From Candidatus Lokiarchaeum ossiferum (GTDB lineage Archaea > Asgardarchaeota > Lokiarchaeia > Sigyniarchaeales > Promethearchaeaceae), in assembly GCA_025839675.1 (NCBI GenBank), contig CP104013.1:3630001-3662000 (forward strand): a stretch of DNA of 32,000 nucleotides. Reading direction: 5' to 3'. A program made the translations under genes and the position numbers. This document shows positions 1 through 7,815 of this stretch, piece after piece. How positions within the stretch are numbered: position 1 is the stretch's first letter; each line of letters opens with the position of its first letter. Below the pieces are notes generated by a model, which saw nothing but the letters and a program-made list of their open reading frames with translations, searched no databases and was not told the DNA's origin.

Positions 1-1
1 G

Positions 2-625
2 ATTGAAAACAATAAAAAAGATTATGCGAGAAAAGAAATTACAATTTCAGTTCGCTTCGAAGGTCAAGATGCAGATGTAATTAATGAATGCACTGAACTG
101 TTTGGAATAAGTCGATCTGAACTTATAAGGAAAGCTGCCTCATCTTATATCGATTTACGTGTTTCGAATCCAAAATATCCTAATCCAAAATTATTCTTCT
201 CTCATAATATGATGCTTATTCTTATGGAAACCGCTCCAGATGAAACACTTAAAAAACTTGCTAAACAATCCTATGAAAATGGTATCAGAGATTATGAATT
301 CTTCCAATTATTGGGTCGAAATCACTCTCTTGAAGTTTTACCAGAACCAGATCCTGAGGATGAAGTGCGTTCTCTAGTTCAAAATGTCTTCTCAGAAAGG
401 GGTCAAAATTGGTTTCAGAAAGTTCATTTTTCCCAGAAAAAAGATACAATCATCATTGCTGGAAGACATATCATGGGAGAACGTTTCTCCGTTTTTATTC
501 GATTTCTACTCGAGTATTACATGGAAGATATTAATTATCATTATGAATCAGGAATGATTCGTAATTCTAAATCTAATAGAAAGACCTCTACATTACGCTT
601 TATATATAAACGGAATGAGGTTTAA
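2..625 (+). CDS. Ribbon-helix-helix (CopG/Arc/MetJ-like) DNA-binding protein with uncharacterised C-terminal domain; 5' end cut by window edge
   Basis: Frame 2 is open from nt 2 to the stop at 623-625. The ORF track began it at ATG 209 only because no upstream stop exists. The extra N-terminal part reads ...KEITISVRFEGQDADVINECTELFGISRSELIRKAASSYIDL, a strand-helix-helix RHH pattern. The C-terminal ~140 aa matches no family I recognise. Confidence 0.6.
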   Translation: MENNKKDYARKEITISVRFEGQDADVINECTELFGISRSELIRKAASSYIDLRVSNPKYPNPKLFFSHNMMLILMETAPDETLKKLAKQSYENGIRDYEFFQLLGRNHSLEVLPEPDPEDEVRSLVQNVFSERGQNWFQKVHFSQKKDTIIIAGRHIMGERFSVFIRFLLEYYMEDINYHYESGMIRNSKSNRKTSTLRFIYKRNEV

Positions 626-711
626 AAATTTGGATTCTTTTCTCTTTCTTTTTTGAAAATTTGGGTCGTCAATATTTTTAGCCCAATTGAGCTAGTGTTA
701 TATGAGAAAAT

Positions 712-1845
712 ATGATTCTTGAGCAAATACATTTAGGCACTTTTGAAGGGATTACTCAATTAATCGCCGTTATTCCGTTAATTTTTATTCTTGGATTTTT
801 CAGTTACTTTACCTATCAAGCGATTAAGACCCGTTTTCGTATGTATTATCATCTGATGTTATTATTTTTCTTTTCGACTACAAATCTTGTTTTTAGCTTC
901 CTTCTCCTGGGAAGAACTTTTGGATTTATTCCTGAGAATGAATTAATCTTTTCGGATTCAATTGTCATAATTATTTCCCAAATTTTTGATCTTTTCGCCC
1001 TATTGGATGTCCTTGTATTATTATTGATTTTTGAACAATCGAAAAATACTTTAAAGACGCTTCTTCCCCTTGTTATCATACTTGCCATGATTTTAGGTGC
1101 TTTGTTCAGCAATCATGAGTCATTTTCTACTGGATCTGGAATAATTTTGCAAGGTTTTACATTAATTTCAATATTGATCCTAATTTTTTCAGTTTTAGCT
1201 TCCATGGTTATAGGAAAAATATTTTTATCTTCCTTTCGTATGATCGAAAGTGGAAAACAGCGCCATTTATTTTTAAATATGATCATAGGAATTAGCCTTT
1301 CTCAATTGTTTGGAGGTGTTCTTCCTTTTACTTTGGAAGTCTTCAGCGAAGATTCAGTCGGTAGAGTGTCGGGGATTTTCTCTTTCATAAAAATTTTTGG
1401 ATTAATGTCAGTGGGATATGCTTTTCTTCGAGTTTCAAAAAATCCATGGTTGATGGAACGTCAAAAGAATCATTTCTTGCTAATATATTCCACTTCAGGA
1501 CTTCTATTATTTTCAAAATCATTTCGCAAAGATATAACGCAAGATAATATGTCTCTTTTTTCAGGTGCTTTTTCAGCGATTACCATTATGTTGAAAGAAA
1601 CGACCAAAATTGATGAGTCCATAAAAATGATTCAGTATGAAAATAAAGAAATGCATGTTGTCACTAAGGAGCATTTTATATGTGTTTTAATGCAAGATTA
1701 CTCCACTCAAGCTTCTCAGAATGCATTGAAAGAATTTGTAAACGATTTTGAAACTAAATTTGCAGAAAATCTTTCAAATTTTACAGGAAATATCACTCCT
1801 TTTTCAGAATCTAAGATAATTGCCGAGAAATATTTTACCTATTAA
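712..1845 (+). CDS. Seven-TM membrane protein with C-terminal cytosolic longin/roadblock-like domain (function unknown)
   Basis: 377-aa ATG ORF. Seven hydrophobic segments lie between aa ~14 and ~238, followed by a ~130-aa soluble domain starting HFLLIYSTSGLLLFSKSF...DNMSLFSGAFSAITIMLKE. The domain assignment is pattern-based only. Confidence 0.7.
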   Translation: MILEQIHLGTFEGITQLIAVIPLIFILGFFSYFTYQAIKTRFRMYYHLMLLFFFSTTNLVFSFLLLGRTFGFIPENELIFSDSIVIIISQIFDLFALLDVLVLLLIFEQSKNTLKTLLPLVIILAMILGALFSNHESFSTGSGIILQGFTLISILILIFSVLASMVIGKIFLSSFRMIESGKQRHLFLNMIIGISLSQLFGGVLPFTLEVFSEDSVGRVSGIFSFIKIFGLMSVGYAFLRVSKNPWLMERQKNHFLLIYSTSGLLLFSKSFRKDITQDNMSLFSGAFSAITIMLKETTKIDESIKMIQYENKEMHVVTKEHFICVLMQDYSTQASQNALKEFVNDFETKFAENLSNFTGNITPFSESKIIAEKYFTY

Positions 1846-1945
1846 GTTGATTCAATCCTTTTCTTTATAATTTTTTCATTTATCAGATTAACTCAATATA
1901 AAAATGAATTTTGTCTGTGATTAAATCTCTATTTTATGAAAATTG

Positions 1946-1995
1946 AAAAAAAAATCCAAGTCAAAATATTAGTGGTGCAATGATCTTGACTTGGA
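1946..1995 (-). terminator. Hairpin + T9 terminator downstream of the GH94 cellobiose phosphorylase gene
   Basis: Perfect 10-bp inverted repeat TCCAAGTCAA (1955-1964) / TTGACTTGGA (1986-1995) with a 21-nt loop. On the minus strand the hairpin is followed immediately by T9 (A-run 1946-1954 on +). It starts ~30 nt past the stop at 2027. Confidence 0.55.
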
Positions 1996-2026
1996 ATAGA
2001 GTGAATAGTTGAGGAATTTTGCAGCA

Positions 2027-4480
2027 TTAGGGAATTTTTATTAAAACTTTTACTTCTTTTTTTGACACATCTGGCAAGGGGATTGTTGAGGAGTTTACTT
2101 GGATTCCATCGACTTCACATGAAGGATTTTCTCCCTCTTCCACTCGCTTAACTTCTATTGAATATATTACTCCGCGGAAGAGTCTAGATACTTTGTACTC
2201 TAACCAAGTTTGGGGTACTTTAGGTTCAATCGTTAATCCATTAAAAGTGGGGTGAATTCCGAGAATATATTGTGAAATTGCAACAAAATTCCATGCTGCC
2301 GTCCCAGTAAGCCAAGAATTCTTAGCTTCACCAAACGTTGGGGCATCATAACCTGCTATTGTTTGGGCATAAATGTAGGGTTCACACCGGTGAAGATCAC
2401 TAAGGTGCTCACGAGCTGATGGATTAATTCGTAAATAATAATTGTAGGCTTGTTCAGGATTTCCATTCATTGCTTCAGCAATCATAATCCATGGATTCGT
2501 ATGACAAAATATACTCCCATTTTCCTTATAACCTGGTGGATAGGAAGAAATTTCTCCTAATTCTAAGTGGTATCTTGTATAGGGAGGATGATGAAGCATA
2601 ATTCCATGAGGAGTAGCTAAATGACGGTGTACAGATGCCAATGTTTTTGTTGCCAACTTCATTTTTTTTCCAACTTCAGCCATTAGACACATTCCTTGGG
2701 ATTCAATGTAGATTTGACCTTCATTATTCTCATGTGAACCTACTTTATGGCCCCTATCATCATAAGCTCTCAGAAACCATTCTCCATCCCATCCATGTTG
2801 TACTATTGCTTCTTCCATTTTTTGAATCGCACCACTATAATGATTGGCTTTATCAACCATCTTCAAATAAATAAAAAGTTCATTCATTTGTTTTGCTGCA
2901 TACACGAATTGACCAGCAATGAAAAGTGATTCGGCAATTTTTCCCTCTTTATTGGCGGTAGTCTGAAAAGATTGGTTTGGTTCTTCAGAAAAACAATTTA
3001 AGTTCAAACAATCATTCCAATCTGCTCTTCCAATTAAAGGCAATCCATGGGGTCCAAGTCGATCGAGTGTATATTTTAAACTCAATTCTAAATGAGTTAA
3101 CAGTGATTTTTCACTATTTTTTTGATTTTCAAATGGAATGTCTTCTTTTAGGATATCAAAATCACCTGTTTCTTTTAAATAAGCCACTGTACTTAAAATC
3201 AACCACAAAGGATCATCATTAAAATTACTCCCCAATTCATGATTTCCTCTTTTGGTCAAAGGTTGATATTGATGATAGGCACCTCCACTAGGCATTTGGG
3301 TTGATGCAAGATCTAAAATTCGTTGACGGGCTTTTTCGGGGATTAGATGGACAAATCCTAAAATATCCTGATTGGAATCACGAAATCCCATTCCTCGCCC
3401 TATTCCAGACTCAAAAAATGAGGCCGATCTTGATAGATTAAATGTAACCATGCATTGATACTGGTTCCATATATTCACCATCCGATTTGTATGGACATCA
3501 GGAGTATCAATAGTAAATTTACTTAGTAACTGATCCCAATATCTTTTCAATGCAATGAACGCATCCTCAACATTTTTTGGATCCTTGTAATAGGTGATTT
3601 TTTGATTGACTTTTTCTTTGTTTAAAATCTGTGAATCAGGAGGAGAGAATTTTTCTGACTTCTTATTTTCTGAATAACCTAATATGAAGATTATTTCTTT
3701 TGTTTGTTCAGGCTCCAAGGTCACTTCTATATGATGAGAACCTATTGGAGCCCACCCATGAGCATGGGATTTTAAAGAATTTCCATTTTCAACAACGACT
3801 GGACTTTCCATACTATGATAAGATCCAATAAATTTTTCTCTTTGCGTATCATAGCCTTTCAAGGGTTCTGAACATGAGAAAAAAGCAAAATGATTTCGGC
3901 GTTCGCGATATTCGGTTTTGTGATAAATAGTACTTGTTGCTGAATCGATTTCTACTTCTCCTATGTTGAAATTGCGTTGGAAGTTAGTTGCATCTCCTTG
4001 AGCATCCCACAAGCAAAATTCAACAAACGAAAACAAAGAAAGATCTACAGTATGAGTGTGATGATTGGTTATTTTGATCTTCCAGATTTCCAAATTTTCA
4101 TTCAATGGGACAAAATAAGTGACGTTGGAATGAATTTTTTCAGCTTGGGATTGAATTGTTGTATAACCCAATCCATGTTGGCATTGATACATTTCCATTG
4201 TATGTCGTGTAGGTTGCCAAGTTGTTGACCAAAATTTACCGGTTTTATTTTCCCGAATATAGATATATTTGCCATTAGAATCAAAAGGAGTATTATTGTA
4301 TCGATATCTCGTTAGTCGTCGATATCGAGCATCTTTATAAAAAGAATACCCTCCTCCAGTGTTTGAAATTAAGCTAAAGTAGCTATCCGTTCCAAGATAA
4401 TTAATCCAAGGAAGGGGAGTATCGGGGTGAGTAATTATGTATTCCTTCCGCAAATCATCAAAATAACCATATTTTTTCAT
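2027..4480 (-). CDS. cbp: GH94 cellobiose phosphorylase (less likely another GH94 disaccharide phosphorylase such as chitobiose phosphorylase)
   Basis: 817 aa, the size of characterised cellobiose phosphorylases. N-terminus is MKKYGYFDD..EYIITHPDTPLPWINYLG...RYRYNNTPFDSNGKYIY. Conserved blocks: MVNIWNQYQCMVTFNLSRSASFFESGIGRGMGFRDSNQD, GLPLIGRADWNDCLNLNCF (catalytic Asp motif), YPPGYKENGSIFCHTNPW, AKNSWLTGTAAWNF. Confidence 0.9.
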   Translation of the reverse strand: MKKYGYFDDLRKEYIITHPDTPLPWINYLGTDSYFSLISNTGGGYSFYKDARYRRLTRYRYNNTPFDSNGKYIYIRENKTGKFWSTTWQPTRHTMEMYQCQHGLGYTTIQSQAEKIHSNVTYFVPLNENLEIWKIKITNHHTHTVDLSLFSFVEFCLWDAQGDATNFQRNFNIGEVEIDSATSTIYHKTEYRERRNHFAFFSCSEPLKGYDTQREKFIGSYHSMESPVVVENGNSLKSHAHGWAPIGSHHIEVTLEPEQTKEIIFILGYSENKKSEKFSPPDSQILNKEKVNQKITYYKDPKNVEDAFIALKRYWDQLLSKFTIDTPDVHTNRMVNIWNQYQCMVTFNLSRSASFFESGIGRGMGFRDSNQDILGFVHLIPEKARQRILDLASTQMPSGGAYHQYQPLTKRGNHELGSNFNDDPLWLILSTVAYLKETGDFDILKEDIPFENQKNSEKSLLTHLELSLKYTLDRLGPHGLPLIGRADWNDCLNLNCFSEEPNQSFQTTANKEGKIAESLFIAGQFVYAAKQMNELFIYLKMVDKANHYSGAIQKMEEAIVQHGWDGEWFLRAYDDRGHKVGSHENNEGQIYIESQGMCLMAEVGKKMKLATKTLASVHRHLATPHGIMLHHPPYTRYHLELGEISSYPPGYKENGSIFCHTNPWIMIAEAMNGNPEQAYNYYLRINPSAREHLSDLHRCEPYIYAQTIAGYDAPTFGEAKNSWLTGTAAWNFVAISQYILGIHPTFNGLTIEPKVPQTWLEYKVSRLFRGVIYSIEVKRVEEGENPSCEVDGIQVNSSTIPLPDVSKKEVKVLIKIP

Positions 4481-4495
4481 TAGAATCTCTTTCTC

Positions 4496-4505
4496 CGAAA
4501 TTTCG
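4496..4505. promoter_or_regulatory. Perfect 10-bp palindrome CGAAATTTCG between a TATA-like box and the cbp start (candidate operator)
   Basis: CGAAATTTCG lies 16 nt upstream of the cbp ATG (4480, minus strand). A minus-strand TTTATATT box (complement of 4514-4529) sits ~25 nt further upstream, so the palindrome falls about where the TSS would be. Confidence 0.3.
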
Positions 4506-4580
4506 TAAAAATCCTTTTAATATAAATTGCAATACATTTGTTTTTCATTTAAATATAAGACGTAATACGAAATCACAAGC

Positions 4581-4588
4581 TTTATATA
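4581..4588 (+). promoter_or_regulatory. TATA-box candidate (TTTATATA) for the ABC importer operon
   Basis: Exact match to the archaeal TATA consensus TTTAWATA in the divergent intergenic region. The implied TSS is near 4610, upstream of the binding-protein start (4651/4693). Confidence 0.3.
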
Positions 4589-4620
4589 TTAATTGTAATA
4601 CAGATAAATATAAGGTTTTT

Positions 4621-4649
4621 GAATTCTCCTTTTGGAGAGTTTTTTTTTG
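4621..4649 (+). promoter_or_regulatory. Terminator-like hairpin + T9 inside the predicted 5' leader of the binding-protein gene
   Basis: GAATTCTCC (4621-4629) / GGAGAGTTT (4634-4642) form a 9-bp stem including 2 G.U pairs, with loop TTTT. The stem runs into a T9 tract (4640-4648). It lies between the TATA candidate and the start codon. Confidence 0.3.
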
Positions 4650-4692
4650 GATGATACTTTTTTCAAAAAACAATTGGTTGTTGGTAAAAAAA

Positions 4693-6624
4693 ATGAAATT
4701 ACGACGAAACTTATGGATGGCATTGTTTATGATGGCCTTCATAGTTCCAGTGATTGCCTCTGTGAGCGCTACAACCGCTCCAGAACGGGCAACAATTGTC
4801 TGGTCCACTGGCTATGATACTCAACATGACAATTACAATCCTTGGACAGGTTCTCCTGCCTTCGGAATTGCTCTAATGTATGAACCTCTTTTTGGTTTAA
4901 ACGGAGCTATGAACGATACTTTAATTCCTGTCATTGGCACCGAATATTCTTGGAATGCTGATGGTACCGAATTGACTGTAAAGATTAATGAAAAAGCCAA
5001 ATGGTCTGATGATGAAGTTTTAGATGCTGATGATGTTATTTACAGCTATGAAATCGCTCAATATCAACCACGATGGACTGGTATGCAAGATATCATTGCT
5101 TCTATGGAAAAAATTTCTGCAACAGAAATGAAATTTGTTATGACAGCAGAAAAGAAATTTTCCTACCGTATGGAACAATTCTTATACACTGAAATTCCAA
5201 TCGTTCCTGAACATGTATGGTCAGAAATTAATGATGGAAATGTCACCAAAGATTTAGATCTCTTTAAGAATGATTGGCTAAATGCCTCCTTCAATGAAGA
5301 TTGGAAAGTCGCTTCTGGTCCATATTTCCCATACTTCCGTGATTTAACCGCGGGAGAAGAAATTTATAAATTACGTGATGATTGGTGGGGTATAAATACT
5401 CTACACATGGATATTCCTAATTACTCTGGAACTCCTGAAGCAGAGTATATCGGAATGCGAAAATATGCAGATAATACTGCTAAAGATGCAGCTATTTTAA
5501 CTGATGAAATTGATTTACATGCTGGATTTTACTCAAGCGTTTGGACTGCCTTAGGTCGAAATGATAATATTGAAACTTGGTTTGGAAAAAGCTTTGATGA
5601 ATATTACTTAGCCCTCGGGGCTATTATTGAAGTGGCTCCAAATCACATGAAATTTCCATTCAATCAGTTATGGTTCCGACAAGCCTTAGCTTATTCTATT
5701 GATTATGATTCAATCGAGGTAGCTGCTTCTGGTGGATATTGGAATCGAGCTCGACAAGGAGTTATTGATAATCGTTCTGCAGGTCATAAATCACTTTACA
5801 ATGAATCCATTCAAGAAGAATATGGTATTGACTTGGATGTAGCAAAAGCTATTGATATTCTTAATGAAAGCTGTTATCAAGTTGATGGTGTTTGGTATAC
5901 TGATGATGTTCCAGTAGAATTCCAAGGAACATTAGGTGCAGAAGCTGATGAAGATTCTGGTCATGCTGGATTCAATATTGCCTTAGGGGGCTATGAAATT
6001 TTAGTTCCAGCTGGGTGGACCGATGTCTGCATTGCAACATCTATGTGGGCAGGTGATTTCTCTGATATTAACATTACTACCACCAAGCGGGAAGTAGATT
6101 TCTGGAATGGTTGGAGAGTGAAAATTATGGAAGGCGATTTTGATATGGTTATGCAATGTTGTACTCCTCATTTAGTAAATGATCCATACACCGTTTTAGG
6201 TGGGTGGAGAGGAACTGCCAACTTACCATGGGATAATGCTTCTCACTGGGAAAGTCCTGAATATGAAGCACTCTATCAAGAGTTTGATACCGCCAAAGGA
6301 GATGAGCGTGTTGCTGTTGCTTCTCAAATGCAAGAATTATTAGCATCTGAATTGCCAACAATTGTTTCCCATGCAAATGGATTCTGGTATTTGACCAACA
6401 CAAAGTATTGGGATAATTGGCCAAGTGCAGAAAATGAATATCAAGATGCTCAAACTGCGTATTCAATAAATCGAATGGCTTTGAAACAACGAATGTATTT
6501 GGGTTTAATTCAATCTGAATCTACCGGTGCAAGCATTCCATGGAATGGATTTACAGCTTCCTTAATTGTCGGAGTTCTTAGTGTGCTCTCAGTTCAAATA
6601 ATTCGAAGAAGAAAACAAAATTAA
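4693..6624 (+). CDS. ABC transporter substrate-binding protein, family 5 (Opp/Dpp-type; predicted beta-glucoside/oligosaccharide binding), C-terminally membrane anchored
   Basis: Family-5 SBP block ...YSWNADGTELTVKINEKAKWSDDEVLDADDVIYSYE. Signal peptide MKLRRNLWMALFMMAFIVPVIASVSA starts at ATG 4693; the ORF-track ATG 4651 adds 14 residues that do not look like signal sequence. C-terminal TM (LIVGVLSVLSVQII) plus RRRKQN. First gene of an SBP-permease-permease-ATPase-ATPase row. Confidence 0.85.
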   Translation: MKLRRNLWMALFMMAFIVPVIASVSATTAPERATIVWSTGYDTQHDNYNPWTGSPAFGIALMYEPLFGLNGAMNDTLIPVIGTEYSWNADGTELTVKINEKAKWSDDEVLDADDVIYSYEIAQYQPRWTGMQDIIASMEKISATEMKFVMTAEKKFSYRMEQFLYTEIPIVPEHVWSEINDGNVTKDLDLFKNDWLNASFNEDWKVASGPYFPYFRDLTAGEEIYKLRDDWWGINTLHMDIPNYSGTPEAEYIGMRKYADNTAKDAAILTDEIDLHAGFYSSVWTALGRNDNIETWFGKSFDEYYLALGAIIEVAPNHMKFPFNQLWFRQALAYSIDYDSIEVAASGGYWNRARQGVIDNRSAGHKSLYNESIQEEYGIDLDVAKAIDILNESCYQVDGVWYTDDVPVEFQGTLGAEADEDSGHAGFNIALGGYEILVPAGWTDVCIATSMWAGDFSDINITTTKREVDFWNGWRVKIMEGDFDMVMQCCTPHLVNDPYTVLGGWRGTANLPWDNASHWESPEYEALYQEFDTAKGDERVAVASQMQELLASELPTIVSHANGFWYLTNTKYWDNWPSAENEYQDAQTAYSINRMALKQRMYLGLIQSESTGASIPWNGFTASLIVGVLSVLSVQIIRRRKQN

Positions 6625-6651
6625 TTTAATCAAACCAAATCTTATAATTTA

Positions 6652-6694
6652 TTTTTTTTCATTTTTCACCACTTTTTTTTATAGATTTTTTTTT
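6652..6694 (+). terminator. Cluster of oligo-T tracts after the binding-protein gene (partial terminator/attenuation point)
   Basis: T8 (6652-6659), T8 (6673-6680) and T9 (6686-6694) fall within 70 nt of the stop. Oligo-T is the archaeal termination signal. Confidence 0.45.
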
Positions 6695-6748
6695 CTTAAT
6701 TAGCATTAAATAATGGTTAGTTAGCTTACACAATATAAGGTTTTAAAA

Positions 6749-7813
6749 ATGGAAACGACTGGACTAGAAATCACCCCGATGCTAACCGACAATAAGTTGG
6801 TTGATGAAAAAAGGGGATTTAGTATAAAATCAATTACATCTAATTCATACTTTAAATTCATACTACGAAAAGCATTGTTTTATGCTTTTGTATTCTTCAT
6901 CGCAATTTCACTTGCATTTTGGATACCAAGAATGCTACCTGGAGATCCTATTGCTGGATTACTTACTCCTCCTGCAACTGTAACTGATATTGAAGCGTGG
7001 AATGAACGTAAGGCTGTTTTAGAATCATATTTAGGATTAGATTTGCCGCTGTGGCAGCAATATCTTAACTTTTTAATCAACTTTCTTAAAGGGGATTTGG
7101 GTTATGAATACATTAATTTAATACCTGTTAGTGACATTGTTCGTCCACGCTTGATGTTTAGTTTAATTCTTGTTGTTCCAACAGTTGCCCTTACCTTCGT
7201 TTTAGGCAATAGTATTGGTGCAAAAATTGGGTACAAACCAAGTAGAAAAAATAATATTATCTATTATGTCTTCGTTTTTCTGCAATCTGCGCCTTTTTTC
7301 TGGATTGCGTATATATTTTTTGATATTTTTGTTTTGGGGTTAAGATGGGTTGTAGCTGATCCACCCTCTGCCATTGATCCCTTTTTTTCAAAGTTTAAAT
7401 TATTTTTAATGTGCTTTATTATTCTAACCCTTGCATTCACTGGAGGTTGGGCAACAGGGGCTCGTTCAATGATGATTTATGAAGCTGATTCTGATTATAT
7501 TCTTTATTGTCGAAAGTTAGGTTTCACAGATGAGAAAATGCGGGAATATGCTAAACGTAATGCAATGTTACCTCAACTAACGGGCTTGAATCTTCGTTTT
7601 AATGAAATTTTAGGTGCTACTTTCATTATTGAATTTGTATTTAATTGGCCTGGGTTAGGTTGGACAACTATTGAAGCTATGACTCAGCAAAATTATACAC
7701 TGATTGTAGGTACTTTTGTTGTGAATATTATGATAGTCGTTATCGGAAATTTTTTCATTGACATATTATATGGATTTATAGATCCTCGAATTAGAATCGG
7801 AGGAGACAAGTAA
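6749..7813 (+). CDS. ABC transporter permease, DppB/OppB-like
   Basis: 354 aa, multi-TM. N-terminal signature ...ILRKALFYAFVFFIAISLAFWIPRMLPGDP and C-terminal ...DILYGFIDPRIR are typical of Opp/Dpp B-type permeases. An alternative start at ATG 6779 is possible. Confidence 0.85.
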   Translation: METTGLEITPMLTDNKLVDEKRGFSIKSITSNSYFKFILRKALFYAFVFFIAISLAFWIPRMLPGDPIAGLLTPPATVTDIEAWNERKAVLESYLGLDLPLWQQYLNFLINFLKGDLGYEYINLIPVSDIVRPRLMFSLILVVPTVALTFVLGNSIGAKIGYKPSRKNNIIYYVFVFLQSAPFFWIAYIFFDIFVLGLRWVVADPPSAIDPFFSKFKLFLMCFIILTLAFTGGWATGARSMMIYEADSDYILYCRKLGFTDEKMREYAKRNAMLPQLTGLNLRFNEILGATFIIEFVFNWPGLGWTTIEAMTQQNYTLIVGTFVVNIMIVVIGNFFIDILYGFIDPRIRIGGDK

Positions 7814-7815
7814 AA

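Noticed and set aside
849-1112. 87-aa minus-strand ORF inside the 7-TM gene
   Set aside because: It is fully antisense to a longer ORF with coherent TM structure. Its composition is Lys/Arg/Asn-rich and low-complexity, typical of shadow frames in AT-rich DNA.
2635-4284. Several 60-83-aa ORFs on both strands within the cellobiose phosphorylase gene (2635-2874, 2747-2929, 2977-3222, 3977-4228, 4102-4284)
   Set aside because: All are embedded in, or antisense to, a gene whose product matches GH94 motifs end to end. None has recognisable motifs.
4607-4619. 13-nt exact motif AATATAAGGTTTT shared upstream of the binding-protein gene (4607-4619) and the first permease gene (6732-6744), considered as a common operator
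   Set aside because: An overlapping 14-mer, AAGGTTTTTGAATT (4612-4625), also recurs inside the GH94 coding region (12862-12875). Exact matches of this length therefore occur by chance in this AT-rich sequence. At 6732-6744 the AAGGT part is adequately explained as a Shine-Dalgarno-like element 8 nt before the ATG.
4545-4817. ORFs 4545-4808 (-) and 4632-4817 (+) in the divergent intergenic region and signal-peptide region
   Set aside because: They overlap the promoter region and the 5' end of the binding-protein gene. The sequences are low-complexity with no start context. The binding-protein frame explains the coding signal.
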